Assembly (NCBI GenBank): GCA_964016885.1
Contig: OZ024741.1
Coordinates: 407,154,001 to 407,218,000, forward strand
Direction: 5' to 3'
Length of the DNA: 64,000 nucleotides
Source: Eledone cirrhosa
Taxonomy: Eukaryota
Numbering within the stretch: position 1 is the stretch's first letter; each line of letters starts with the position of its first letter. Of this stretch, positions 44,044 to 63,583 are shown one piece after another. The notes under the pieces are model-generated. The model made no database searches and was not told the origin of the DNA. It saw only the letters and a program-made list of their open reading frames with translations. The position numbers and the translations under genes were made by a program.

Positions 44044-44405
44044 CTCTCGGGTCTCGAATAATGCCTACCCCACCACTTATTGATTTTTCAGATCCTTTCC
44101 AACCCCTTGCCCCTTTGCTCTTATTCCAACCCTCCCACATATTAAATTTTACTAATCTATCCCCGGCGTAATCTTATTTTAAGTGGTAACATTCCTGCAG
44201 CAATTAATTTTCTTTAGCCATTAAAAATTACATTACTAGAAATCTCATAAGTTATAAAATAAATAGGAAGGGTTGGGGGTCTCAAAATGTAAACTAAATG
44301 ACTAGTTCTGGTTTTTTTAAATCAACCGAGACAGCCAAGAAAGAATAGCGATCTCCCTCCTCCGCTTATTCCAAACACCCACCCACCTTATCTGGGACCC
44401 GATAG
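44044..44405. mobile_element. TIR non-autonomous DNA transposon (MITE), TA flanked
   Basis: TA|CTCTCGGGTCTCGAATAA ... TTATCTGGGACCCGATAG|TA, with internal CTTATTCCAA repeats. Confidence 0.7.
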
Positions 44406-44805
44406 TAAAGTGAAATACAGTAAAATAGACAGAGATGGATTTACAGGGAGCTATACAGTAATTAATGACAATAACAAAATATTGATAAATTGTACTGTTT
44501 TGATGGTGGGGAGGGGGCGGGAGTTTAATCAACCTCAGTACTTGACTGCTACTGTAATTCATCGACCCTGGGAAGATAAAAGTCAAACTTAAATTCGGTA
44601 GAAAAATTAATGCAAAGAATTTGTCCCGACGTTCTAATGATTCCTCCTATCCACCACCCTACAACTACTACTACTACTACTACTACTACTACAACTACTA
44701 CTACTACTACTACTGCTACTACTACTACTGCTACTACTACTACTACTACTGCTACTACTACTACTACTACTACTACTGTTGCTGCTACTACTACTGCTGC
44801 TGCTG

Positions 44806-44842
<37 letters not shown>

Positions 44843-45892
44843 AATTAATAACAATAATGTTTTTTGATTAATGCAAAAGTCCAAATATTTTCGGGTCGGT
44901 GGTGGTGGTGGTGGGGTGGAGAGTGGGGGTCAATTAAACCGACCGTCGTGTGTTACTGGTATTATATTTCATTGTCCCCCGTAAGGATGAAAGACATAGG
45001 TAAATTAATTTAGGCACACTTAAGAAGAAGAAGAAGACGAAGAAGAAATTCAACGAGGATGATGTTGCTGATGTTGATGATGATGATAAACATTTTACCT
45101 TTATTATGCAGAAGAGTATTTCAGTATCTAACAGGTGGCTGTCGAGATTAAATATACGTTATTACAGATTATCCGAAATAAGCGTTTTAGTACGGATATA
45201 CGAGTGTCTTGAGATGGCTTGGTGTGTGTGTGGTGCGTGTGTCTGTGTGCCTGTGTGTGTGTGTGTGTGTATGTGTGTGTGTGTGTCTGTGGTGTCTGTG
45301 TGTGTGTATGTGTGTGTGTGTGTTTACCTCTTTACATGTCGCAGGTGTTGATTTAACTCAGTTAATTAGCAATCAAGCAGGACTATGATCAAAGATATTC
45401 CAACCGTGACCACCACCATTATTTTAGGGGATATATAGGGTTTTCTTTTCCTAACCTTTTTCTGGCTTTATTTAACACTGACAGGTGTTAATTAAAAAAA
45501 CCCCTGAATACATCGTTAGTTACAGGTATGCATGTGTGTGTATCTGTGTGTGTCTGTGTGTGTCTGTGTCTGTGTGTGTCTGTCTGTGTCTGTGTGTGTG
45601 TGTATGTGTGTGTTTATGTGTGTGTTAATTATACACACACACACTCTCACATTTACTGCTTTGAAATAGAAGTGTGTGTGTGTGTGTGTGTCTAAATGCG
45701 TGTGTATGCAGGCGCGTGTTTGTGTGTGAGTGTGTTTGTGTGTGAGTGTGTGAGTGTGTGAGTGTGTGAGTGTGTGATTGTGTTAGTGTGTGAGTGTGTG
45801 AGTGTGTGATTGTGTTAGTGTGTGAGTGTGTAAGTGTTTTTACATGTCACTGTGTTTAAATATTTATTAAAGAATAAATTAAAATGATTGAA

Positions 45893-45950
<58 letters not shown>

Positions 45951-46137
45951 TACACACATTGTGTATCTCCGGCAGGCACCCATATACCCACTCATATGTA
46001 TATACATGCATATATATATATATACCTAAAAATGTAAATATATAATCTATATCTCGTTGTTTTCTATGCATTTAAATATAAATATATATGTGTGTATGTG
46101 TGTATGTGTGTATGCTTATATGTGTGTATGTGCATAT

Positions 46138-46208
<71 letters not shown>

Positions 46209-46453
46209 TATATATATTGATAGATAAATAGATATATAGATAGATATTAATACACGCATATATATATATATACACATGTATTAATATTATATATATGTGT
46301 GTGCGTGTGTATGTGTGTGTGTATATATATATGCATGTATTAATATATTATATATATATATATGTGTGTGTGTGTGTTTGTTTGTGTGTATATATATACA
46401 TATATATGTGTATATATATACACACACACACAAACACACACACACATATATAT

Positions 46454-46545
<92 letters not shown>

Positions 46546-46807
46546 ACGTATATGTGTGTGTATATGTGACTATGCGTGTATGTATGTATACTAGTGTATA
46601 TTGATAGTAATTTTATATACACAGCTTACATGTAAATCCGTGTACTGTGTAGGTTAATCTTATATGTCGCATTGGTCCCACAGTACATGCGTGTATCTAT
46701 GCAGAAAAAATATATACGGTTCACATTATGAATATGTATTTCTACGCAACTTTTTAGCTGTATAGTTATACGTAAGAGTTCATGTTTTATTGAAGAGCCA
46801 ACCTGGT

Positions 46808-46916
46808 TAAATTTGCAATATTTAAATCAATGAGGTCACGAGTAAGTTTCAGCCAATCAAATTGCAGAACGGATAGAATATAACGAAAGGTTAGCCGGTT
46901 AGCAGACATCATTCGG
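46808..46916 (+). promoter_or_regulatory. Core promoter of the neurofilament-like gene
   Basis: AGCCAATCA CCAAT box (46851-46859), TATA-like AATATAA (46877-46883) and Inr TCATTC (46909-46914, putative +1 A46911, about 32 nt from the TATA). Also TGAGGTCA (46831-46838) and octamer-like ATTTGCAA (46811-46818). The putative 5'UTR to the ATG is about 93 nt. Confidence 0.6.
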
Positions 46917-47003
46917 TAAACTACCGGATCGTAACAGCTTCGTTTCAAACAGCTAGGATTTTTCTTTGGATATATTTAACTTGCATAAATAACTTGTCCA
47001 ATC

Positions 47004-47536
47004 ATGACTACTGTAACTCAAAAGAAGACGGAGATTACCACTTCTAGTACAAGCTATGAAGGTGGACGCTCACCAAGTACTTTTAGTTATACGACTAAAA
47101 TCCATCCACGTAGTTCATTGTCCACTCGCCAAACAAGGAGCAGTATTAATATGAGCGGCGGCGGTGGCCTTTTTGCCCACAATTACGAATTCAGTGGACC
47201 AATGCCGGGGGCTGGAGCTTACAACCTTACCTCGACGAGTGTCCATAATGTTAAAGCTAATAGGGAGAGAGAAAAGCAAGACCTGAGGGACTTGAACGAA
47301 AGGTTTGCTAATTATATAGAAAAGGTGCGATTTCTAGAGGCCCAAAACAAGAAATTGGCCGGTGAGCTTGAAGAGCTTAAATCAAAATGGGGTAAGGAAA
47401 CATCCGCCATTAAGGAGATGTATGACACCGAACTGGAAGAGGCTCGAAAGCTGATTGATGCGACCAACAAAGAAAAAGTTACCTTGGACGTTCGAGTTAC
47501 CGAATTGATTGATCAACTTGAGAGGCAACAGAAGGA
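47004..47536 (+). CDS. Exon 1 of an invertebrate intermediate filament / neurofilament-like protein (resembles squid NF60/NF70/NF220): Ser/Thr/Gly-rich head, coil 1A, L1, start of coil 1B
   Basis: ATG at 47004. The IF coil-1A signature EKQDLRDLNERFANYIEKVRFLEAQNKKL is followed by heptads KEMYDTELEEARKLID. The exon ends at a canonical donor GA|GTAAGT (47536|47537, phase 2), so the ORF's TAA lies in the intron. The N-terminus (TQKKTEI) matches squid neurofilament as recalled from memory, not from a search. Confidence 0.93.
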
Positions 47537-47797
47537 GTAAGTTGTTAAAGTTTTATTGATTTCCCACCCCCACCCATTCCATCAGACTGTTCGATCTATC
47601 AGTTCGAAGCCTTCACATTCTTTCTTAAAACACTTTAAAAAAAACACAAAACAAACAAAAAAAAACAGCCATCCTTCCACATTTTTCTATTATAGTCTCC
47701 TTCGTAATATTGTAACAAGTTTAGACGTTAGATCAATATCTTTAATATATATAAATGTATATGTATATATATATAAATATATATATACGCTTGTATG

Positions 47798-47901
<104 letters not shown>

Positions 47902-48509
47902 GAGAGAGAGAGACACACACACACACATACACACACACATATATATAGATATACGTATATATAAATATATATATATATATATATAAGTATATATATATGT
48001 ATATACATATATATATGTATACATTCGCACACACGCATATACATACACGCACAGGCATATACACACACATACATCGTTGTATATATACATATATACCCAG
48101 TGATGACAGGTAACAAATAGTTTGGGCAACGTCATAAAATGGTTACACACACATACATACACATACATACATACACACACACGCACACACATAATAAGAC
48201 TTTCAGAGAGATTTGCACAGAGATACATACATATATACACGCACATGCATTCATTCATACATATATACAGACAGACACACGTACACACACACTTTACGTA
48301 TATACTTACACACACATTTACAAAACCTACATAAATACTTGGAAACCTACGTATATACATACATACATATACACATACATACATATACACATACACACAC
48401 ACACCTGTACTTGCTTTACAAAATTTCGGATGGTATTGTTAGGTAAAACATTTGATTAATTATAGAAGATTGAGGGAGGGGTGTAAGGAAAGTAGGAAGA
48501 CATAGAGTG

Positions 48510-53265
<4,756 letters not shown>

Positions 53266-53713
53266 ATAGATAGCTTGATGGATGGATCGATAGGAAGACA
53301 GACAGATAGATGGAGAGATCGATAGATCGACGCTGCCTTATCAGTTTGGAGCATTAGTAATTAAAACGACAATATCAAACCTTTTCAGATACTAATACAA
53401 CCAGACATAAACACACAGCAACAACCCATTACAAACACTAGATTTCCTTTCAGCTTAACATTTTCCAACGAATACGGGCTTGTGCTTATTCTATTCGTCT
53501 GCTTATACTAGCAGAAATTACTCAGTCTAACATTGTTTCTACGGTTCGATAGGCATTGTAAAACGACAGATACCAGAAGCTCTCTCTTACCCTCCTCTCT
53601 CTCTGGCTCTCTTTCTTTCTCACTCACTATATATCCCACAATTCCCATACACCTGTTTCTCTGCTTTCCATAGACTATATAGTTCAGCCGTACGTATGTT
53701 AAAACCTAAAGCT

Positions 53714-53777
<64 letters not shown>

Positions 53778-53970
53778 GGAAAATATAAGACCCCGACGGC
53801 AGAGCTCAAGCCGTTTCGACGGCTATTTCTGTTGTCCAGAAATAGCCGTCGAAACGGCTTTAGCTCTGCTGTCGGGGGTCTTACATTTTCCTATTTCCCA
53901 CTCTACTACCCTAAGTATTGAGTACTCTGGTGCGTTATGGTCCACCTGGTTCCTTACCACACCTCCTTCG

Positions 53971-54036
<66 letters not shown>

Positions 54037-54185
54037 TTGCTATTGAATGAAAAGCTAACTTGGCTGACAGTGTGGGTGTGTATATTTCTGTATTAAATCA
54101 ATGACCGGCCAAAGGAGTATTTCCCACCTAGCATTGCCACTGTAGGTGTAAGTGGTTTTAGCATATAGACATACATAAATATATA

Positions 54186-54285
54186 CACGGGGATGCCAAA
54201 AATTGTATACACACTTTAACACCATTCTAATAAATATTGCCTAATATGATAATCAAAGTTTATAATATTTTTAGGGGACACACTG
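54186..54285. mobile_element. Tc1/mariner-type MITE
   Basis: Shares TGTATACACACTT(C/T)AACACCATTCTAAT with the 24275 copy. Both ends are TA. Confidence 0.7.
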
Positions 54286-54430
54286 TATATATATGTATTT
54301 ACATACGTATACTCACACACTGGAGTCTTGTGTTTTATATCTATTTGTATGTATGTATATATATTTTTATATATATATACGTGTGTGTATGTGTATTTAT
54401 ATACATTGTTGTGTATATATATTTGTATGT

Positions 54431-54512
<82 letters not shown>

Positions 54513-55569
54513 ATGTATGTATGTATGTATGTATGTATGTATGTATGTATGTATGTATGCATGTATGTATGTATGTATGTATGTATATGTATGTATACTG
54601 ATCTGCGTAATTTAGCAGATGAAGACTAGTGTAGTAAAACGTTTTCGCTACCTCTATTACTACTACTATAACTCCTTTAAAAACTGCCGACAAATACATG
54701 GATTAAGACACAGCTGCTATTTCTAGCAGCTGTATCTCTCAGATCACTTCAAGAATGACGTCTTAATAATGTTTTCTTTATTAGTCACCCACTTATTAAG
54801 GAGAATTAAAAGACTGTAGAGGACGATAAAAATGAAAAGGGACAAAAGAGTCAATACTTGATCCCTTATAATCAATAATAGATCAGCGAATCACAGCTGA
54901 TCTGTGGTTCAAAACCAACAATATGAAAACCTGGTAATTTTTAACTGCTTAAGAAGTTCCCTTCGGAACTTTGAGGAGACCGAGGTGTTAACACTATACT
55001 TTCCATTAGCCAAGTCTTTTCTACAATATAACCCGGAGCTAAAGTCAACAACAGCCTTTTAAGTGAAGCTTACCGGTATTGAAGCCGGTGGCTGGGACTA
55101 TTCCCGTTTTGGGGTGTGGTAGAATTGATCCCTCATCGGTTTATACCCATCACAATCACCGTCCCTTACATCTCACTAGTATATTGCTACATTAGGGTCT
55201 GAATAATAAATTGTCCCTTCCTTTCTCTCAAATAATGAAAAGGATCATAGCCGGTGTTACCCTTCCAAACCTGACTAAGAGATTAAAACAAAATAGAAAA
55301 GCCTGCCCCCTAATCACCTGCTAGATATTTGCACTAGATTTTTTCCCTTTAATTGTTTCATAACTTCCGGTAAATTACCTTAAACATATATTAATATTCT
55401 TAGTATCTAAATAAACCGCTTATTTCAGTAATCCTTACTGAGTTGTATTTAAATATGTAATCTTCTCAATTCGTTCTCTTCCCTTTCCTTGTCTGTCTCT
55501 CATAGCTCACTATTTACCTATGAAGATGTCTTGTCTGATTTTGTCTGTGACTATCTGACACACACACAC

Positions 55570-55673
<104 letters not shown>

Positions 55674-55683
55674 CGCTCACACA

Positions 55684-55732
<49 letters not shown>

Positions 55733-55757
55733 GTATATATATATATATGTATATATG

Positions 55758-55796
<39 letters not shown>

Positions 55797-55847
55797 GTAT
55801 ATATGTATATATATATATATGTATATATATATATGTATATATATATG

Positions 55848-55882
<35 letters not shown>

Positions 55883-55940
55883 GTATATATATATGTATAT
55901 ATATATATATGTATATATGTATATATATATATGTATATAT

Positions 55941-55994
<54 letters not shown>

Positions 55995-56009
55995 GTATAT
56001 ATATATATG

Positions 56010-56040
<31 letters not shown>

Positions 56041-56103
56041 GTATATATATATATGTATATATATTTATATATATATATGTATATATATATATTTATATAT
56101 ATT

Positions 56104-56134
<31 letters not shown>

Positions 56135-56256
56135 ATATATATTTATACATATATATATATATTTATACATATATATATATTTATACATATACATATATAT
56201 ATGTATATATGTATATATATACATATATACATATATACATATATATACATATATAC

Positions 56257-56291
<35 letters not shown>

Positions 56292-56294
56292 CAC

Positions 56295-56325
<31 letters not shown>

Positions 56326-56384
56326 CATATATATATTTACACATATATATATATATACATATATAGATATATATACATATATAT

Positions 56385-56418
<34 letters not shown>

Positions 56419-56421
<3 letters not shown>

Positions 56422-56600
56422 TGTTTCTACTTTTGGCACAAGGCCAGCAATTAGCCAGTACATTACTGGTACTTTATTTTACCGACCCCGTAAGGATGAA
56501 AGGCAAACTTAACCTCGGTGGCATTTGAACTGAGACCGTAAAGGGACGTAACTATGCTGGAAAGCATGGCGTTCGACTCTCTACCGATACTGCCAATCCA
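56419..56600 (-). mobile_element. tRNA-derived SINE, full length (intronic)
   Basis: Matches the family consensus throughout. Confidence 0.9.
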
Positions 56601-57009
56601 TATATAATAAGGAGTTTATCAATTCCAGGACCGGTTGTATCTCAGCGTACTCAATAGGCAATGTAAGATACATTCCCAGAATATACACATAGTTATATAT
56701 GTATATGTGTGTGTGTGTGTATGTATATATTCATTTTATTAAGGCTGTTTAATTACAACCAAAATCCGAAGTGGGTTCGATAAGACACGGTAAGGTTTGT
56801 ATATACGTATATAAGAAGATATACACCCGCAGAAGAAATATCGATTATTAGTACAGATTAAAGTTTAAGCAAAAGATTTATTTCACCCTATTACGGGATC
56901 TTCTGAGTATATATATATATACTTTTGTATAAGTTTGGTAGAAATATCCTAGGGTTCGAGCACCCAGTCCATAGGACGAGTTAAGTATAATCAGTTACAA
57001 CAGTGACAT

Positions 57010-57144
57010 AAACTGGTACTTAGGTTTCGTTGGATAATACACCCAACTCATTCAGCCTCTTGTTTTATTTACTTTTATTGTATTCTACGTAAACTGGCTG
57101 AACGAGTTGTGGTGCATAACCCAACGAAACATATGTACCTGCAT
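57010..57144. ncRNA. Inverted pair of hammerhead folds, family F (minus 57010-57057, plus 57091-57144) with 8-nt core CTGAAYGA
   Basis: Stem II GTTG/CAAC, GAAAC ATAT GTA, composite stem I AAACTGG/CCAGTTT. Confidence 0.65.
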
Positions 57145-57223
57145 ATATCACTGATGTAACTAATTATATATATATATATATATGTTTATCCCAGGTTCAA
57201 TCGGGTGTAACCACAGTAAGTAA

Positions 57224-57274
57224 GGCTTCCTGATGATTTCTCCCGAATGAAACAGTTCTAGTCCTGTAGAAGTC
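57224..57274 (+). ncRNA. Hammerhead ribozyme, family B
   Basis: Stem I GGCTTC/GAAGTC, core CTGATGA, stem II T-TTC TCCC GAA-T, GAAA, stem III ACAG/CTGT, predicted cleavage GUA| after 57268. Confidence 0.75.
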
Positions 57275-57322
57275 TTTCTATATTAAATATATATATATAT
57301 ATATTTAATATAGAAAGGCTTC

Positions 57323-57359
<37 letters not shown>

Positions 57360-57369
57360 GTGTCTGTGT

Positions 57370-57439
<70 letters not shown>

Positions 57440-58914
57440 TGCACAGTGGAAATCTAGTGCAATCTGTCGGTTGACATGTACAATGTCACCCGATTTCACA
57501 CCAGGACGTGGAGATGTGGGTACTTTATACAAGTATACGGACCGAATTCATGGATTTGAGGTATTCCTATCCGCCCCTTCTCTGTCATCAGTCTGAGGGT
57601 CCAGGAATAGGGTCATGGCTATTGGCCTTGTCCCTCGTTAAGCAGTAACAAACATTGAATAACCCACAAAAGTGCTCAACTATAATTTCCAAACTATTGT
57701 AAAGTTTGCTACAACGGGAAATGTCGCCTCTAAAGAAATGAAACAAATAGAAATATTTGATATATCATATGAAATGAGATGACAGACGTGCAGACATGCA
57801 GACATGCAGACATGCAGACATGCAGACACACATATATATATATATGTGTGTGTGTACATATACGTATGTATGCAACACACAAACACACACACATATATAT
57901 ATATGTCAATGTGTGGGTGTGTCTGCCTGTCCTTGTGTGTATCTGTTTGTATGTGTGTATGTGTGTGTATCTGTGTGTATGTGTGTGTATCTGTGTATCT
58001 GTGTGTATCTGTGTGTATATGTGTGTATCTGTATGTGTGTGTGTGTGTGAAAGGTGGCAACAATTCTATTTAATGGGCGATGGTGAAATGTCATAGTCAC
58101 TATGTATAGGGAGAGGGGTGAGGTGTAGACAACAGAGAGGGGGGTGATAGAGAGGTGTAAGTTTAAGGGTGGGAGGGAGATGGGAGTTAGAGTGGGTTGT
58201 GGTGGGAGATTGAGAACAACTAATAAAAGGTCAACTGTAGTAATTATTCATCGTTGTGTGGTGTTTACATGTGATAGAGAGAGAGGGGGAGAGATATATA
58301 GAAATATATAGAGGGGGATAGATAGATAGAGATATATAGAAAGATATAGAGGGGGATAGATAGATAGATAGAGATATATTGGAGCTCTTACATCAAACTA
58401 AAACTAGAGAGAGATTAAATAGAGAAAAGTAGATGTGAAGATTTGAGACAATTAACTAATAGTAGTAGTAGTAGTAGTAGTAGTGGTTGTAGGTGTAGTA
58501 GTGGTGGTGGTGGTAGTAGTAGTAGTGGTAGTAGTAGTAGTGGTGGTAGCAGTAGTGGTGGTGGTGGTGGTAGTAGTAGTAGTATTAGTAGTAGTAGTAT
58601 TAGTATTAGTAGTAGTAGTAGTGGTAGTGGTAGTAGTAATGGCGGTAGTAGTAATGGCGGTAGTAGTAGCAGTAGCAGCAAGTCCAGTCGAGCCACTATG
58701 AAGCCACAACTGTTTCACACCACTACTACTTCTACTACTGCCACTACTAGTATTAGTGGAAGTAGTTGTAGTTATATGCCGTCGTCCTCCCACTCCTCCT
58801 CCTCAGCCTCTCCTCCTCATCATTATCAACATCAGTATACGTGCTTTCCTGGAGACCAGCCAATTATGCCGGTCAGTTGCTTACCATTCCCCAAACACAT
58901 CCATCTCTTATTGA

Positions 58915-60565
58915 TAATACTACCACCAATACTACCACCTATACCACCACCAATACCACCACCAATACTACCACCTATACCACCACCAATACCACCACCA
59001 ATACCACCACCTATACCACCACCAATACCACCACCAATACTACCACCAATACTACCACCTATACCACCACCAATACCACCACCTATACCACCACCAATAC
59101 CACCACCAATACTACCACCTATACAACCACCAATACCACCACCAATACCACCACCTATACCACCACCAATACCACCACCAATAATACCACCTATACCACC
59201 ACCAATACTACCACCTATACCACCACCAATACTACCACCAATACTACCACCTATACCACCACCAATACTACCACCTATACCACCACCAATACCACCACCT
59301 ATACCACCACCAATACCACCACCAATACTACCACCTATACCACCACCAATACTACCACCTATACCACCACCAATACTACCACCAATACTACCACCTATAC
59401 CACCACCAATACTACCACCTATACCACCACCAATACCACCACCTATACCACCACCAATACCACCACCTATACCACCACCAATACCACCACCTATACCACC
59501 ACCAATACTACCACCAATACTACCACCAATACCACCACCTATACCACCACCAATACCACCACCTATACCACCACCAATACCACCACCTATACCACCACCA
59601 ATACTACCACCACCAATACCACCACCAATACTACCACCAATACTACCACCAATACCACCACCAATACCACCACCAATACCACCACCTATACCACCACCTA
59701 TACCACCACCTATACCACCACCAACACTACCACCAATACAACCACCTATACCACCACCAATACCACCACCAATACTACCACCAATACTACCACCAATACC
59801 ACCACCAATACCACCACCAATACCACCACCTATACCACCACCAATACTACCACCTATACTATCACCAATACCACCACCTATACCACCACCAATACCACCA
59901 CCAATACCACCACCAATACTACCACCAATACCACCACCAATACCACCACCAATACTACCACTAATACCACCACCTATACCACCACCAATACTACCACCAA
60001 TACCACCACCAATACCACCACCAATACTACCACTAATACCACCACCTATACTACCACCAATACTACCACCAATACTACCACCTATAGCACCACCTATACC
60101 ACCACCAATTCTACCACCAATACTACCACCTATACTACCACCTATACTACCACCAATACCACCGCCAATACCATCACCAATACTACCACCAATACTTCCA
60201 CCAATACTACCACCTATACCACCACCAATACCACCACCAATACTACCACCTATACCACCACCAATACCACCACCAATACCACCACCTATACCACCACCAA
60301 CACCACCACCTATAGCACCGCCAAAACCACCACCAATACCACCACCAATACTACCACCTATACCACCACCAATACTACCACCAATACTACCACCTATACC
60401 ACCACCAATACCACCACCTATACCACCACCAATACCACCACCAATACTACCACCTATACCACCACAAATACCACCACCTATACCACCACCAATACCACCA
60501 CCAATACCACCACCAATACTACCACCGCCGCCACCACCACCACTACCTATACCACCACCACCACA
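58915..60565. repeat. 12-bp minisatellite ATAC(C/T)ACCACC(A/T)
   Basis: About 135 units; they give the PPIP and TTTN ORF artefacts. Confidence 0.95.
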
Positions 60566-60663
60566 CTACAACCCCACCACCGCCATCACAGGAAAAGTTT
60601 ACAGCGTTTCACTATATCGTGGAAGACTTTCCTCGGACGTTTTGTATTGATTTGCTTCAGCGT

Positions 60664-60695
<32 letters not shown>

Positions 60696-61093
60696 ATGGC
60701 GCATAATCCACACATATACACACATTGCACCACATCGGATAGTCGCATATATATACTCCTCTTTCTCTCTCTGACTCCATTGCATACACATAGCAACACA
60801 CACACACACACACACACACCTTTCACACTGTTCAGGGTGCATAAAACACACACACACACCTGTTTCAGAGATCAGGGTGCATAAAACACACACATACACA
60901 TATATATACACGCTCTTTCACACACACACATAGCGTTAGTTACCTTGTGTATAACGCCGTAATTCCCGGTGTCGCTAAATAACACACCCACACACACTTC
61001 CCACTGGCGCATACTAGATATACACACATATACATATATACACATAAAGCCCATGGTCGTACTGGATACACACACACACACACACACATATAC

Positions 61094-61144
<51 letters not shown>

Positions 61145-61209
61145 TGTATATATATAATAAGCTCATGGTCGTACTAAATACACACACACACACACATACA
61201 CACACACAC

Positions 61210-61267
<58 letters not shown>

Positions 61268-61272
<5 letters not shown>

Positions 61273-61682
61273 ATATTAATAAATGGAAACTGTATTTATA
61301 AAACCATATTTATTTTATTATACATATTTCAAGGGCAACCAAGGCAAATTATGGTGCGCTTTCATCAAATAAAATACAGATTTTTTTTTATAAATAAATA
61401 TTGACATACCCACTATCCAGGAAGCTCCAACCGTTAAGGTTGTCTTTTTTCCGGGTATGTCAATATTTATTTATAAAACAAATCTGTATTTTATCTGATG
61501 AAAGCGCACCATAATTTGCCTTGGTTGCCCTTGAAATATGTATAATAAAATAAATAAGGTTTTATAAATACAGTTTCCATTTATTAATATATTGTGTATT
61601 TACTCGACTAACTGTTGAGTGCTTTATATCAGTTATAAAAATGTTTAAGCTAGTTGAATCCCAACAAATTAAATATAACCTC

Positions 61683-61686
<4 letters not shown>
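61268..61686. mobile_element. (TA)n-embedded family C element with inverted repeat (61269-61411 vs 61453-61594); relatives at 13525-13690, 14985-15205, 21555-21930, 43325-43457, 61745-62036
   Basis: Near-identical sequence among copies, hammerhead in each arm, (TA)n flanks. Confidence 0.8.
61487..61552 (+). ncRNA. Minimal hammerhead ribozyme, family C (inverted partner at 61311-61376 has C3>U)
   Basis: Same fold as 21822-21887. Confidence 0.8.
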
Positions 61687-61748
<62 letters not shown>

Positions 61749-61923
61749 AAGGTTAAACAAGGTTCAATGAATAAAACAAAGAATGAGTTTTACAATTGAT
61801 TGGAAGCACTCAACAGTTGGGGTTTTCCGGAGTTATTAATATTAATTCAAAATATTAACAAAAATAGATATTCGTGACTGAATCCTAACCATCTACTATG
61901 TCAGGGTATGTCATGCATCATCT

Positions 61924-61990
61924 TATTTTATCTGATGAGGACGTACTGTTGAAGATAGCTCAGTACCTCTGAAATATGTATAATAAAATA
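61924..61990 (+). ncRNA. Minimal hammerhead ribozyme, family C' (covariant stem II)
   Basis: TATTTTAT CTGATGA GGA C GTACTG..CAGTAC C TCT GAAA TATGTA TA ATAAAATA. Confidence 0.8.
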
Positions 61991-62029
61991 TATTGATCAC
62001 ACGAATATCTATTTTTGTTAATATTTTGA

Positions 62030-62075
<46 letters not shown>

Positions 62076-62817
62076 CTGTTTCTACTTTAGGCACAAGGCC
62101 AGCAAAGTCACCAGTGCATTACTGGTACTTTATGTTATCTACCCCCCCCAACAAGCTCATGGTCGTACCAGATACATACCAACGTCTAATCACAAACTCT
62201 CTCCCACTCACTTACATAACTTGATCTATATCTCTCACTCTCCCTCTTCCCATTTCAACACTCCTTCTCCTTATATATATATTGCTTTCTCTCTCCCTAT
62301 TTCTCTCTCTCTCTCTTACATATATATATATGAGAATGTGTATGTGTGTGTGTGAGAATGTGTGTGTGTATGTGTGTATGTGTGTGTGTGTGTCTGTGTG
62401 TGTGTATGTGTGTGGATAATGTGTGTGTGTATATGTATGTGTGTCTGTGTATGTGTCTGTGTGTGTGTGTGTGTGTGAGCATGTGTGTGTATGTGAGTGT
62501 GTGTGTGTGAGAGAATGTATGTGTGTGTGTGAGAGAATGTGTGTGTGTGTGAGAATGTGTGTGTGTGTGTGCGAGAATGTGTGTGTGTGTGTGTGAGAGA
62601 GAATGTTTTCATTTCATTAAAAAAATTAAAAAGACTGTTTCCCCTCACTTTAAACATAGACACCCTCAAGAGGGCTGTTTATTTCTTCTTCACTCTCTCC
62701 TTCTCTCTCTTCCCCCCTCTCTCTCTCACTCTGTCTATCTCTCTATCTGTCTCTCTATCTATCTATCTTTCTCTCTGTATCTATCTATCAACCTATCTAT
62801 CTATCTATATAAGATAG

Positions 62818-63059
62818 TTAGCCTGTAGGTTGAGGAAAAAGAGGAAGAGAGGAAGGGAGTACTCACTCTTGGTGCTCCTGGAGATGAGGGTTGTACATTT
62901 TTTCGGGGTGTGTACAACCCCTGTGTAACGCCTCCCCCCTATTGGGGATTTCAATTGTTATTTGTTATTTTATTAATAGTTTTATTTTCATATACCTGTA
63001 TGTAAATCCTCATTTGTATTTGTCCCCTTCTTTTGTGCCCTTGTGGCTAATAAAGAAAT

Positions 63060-63060
<1 letters not shown>
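62818..63060 (+). mobile_element. 3'UTR fragment of a related Tx1-type LINE inside (TATC)n
   Basis: GCCTGTAGGT...GGTGCTC...GTAAATCC...GTCCCCT...TGTGGCTAATAAAGAAA aligns by eye with the reverse complement of 15380-15650. Confidence 0.75.
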
Positions 63061-63125
<65 letters not shown>

Positions 63126-63523
63126 CAGTCTCCGTCTATCTATCTATCTATCTCTGTCAGTCCTCTAGGTGTAGGTGTATTTTAACTGTTACCTACGTCA
63201 GCCAAGTATTCGAGATGTTTCTATGTGTATGTGTGCACACCTTGTCACTAATATTTTTCACCTTAGATGTAAGCGCCCACCCATTTTCCATTTGTCTGCA
63301 AACCAGTAATTTCACACTCATACACCCCCACTATATCCACACCACATGTAATCAAAAAAACAATATATACATACATTCACACACACACATATGGGTGTGA
63401 GTGTGAATGCATATATAACTCTTTTTCTTCTATATCAAACGTTATCATAATATATATCTTCATTGTATTGTATTGTTTGCTGTGTTGCTTTTCGTTTACT
63501 TTTCACACACACACACACACACT

Positions 63524-63583
<60 letters not shown>

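Noticed and set aside
53280-55500. Search for neurofilament exon 2 in unique intronic sequence
   Set aside because: No acceptor followed by heptad-repeat coil-1B coding sequence was seen.
58443-60706. 735-aa proline-rich (extensin/formin-like) and 621-aa Thr-rich ORFs
   Set aside because: Translation of a 12-bp minisatellite and an (AGT)n microsatellite, with TTG/GTG starts and no domain or splice context.
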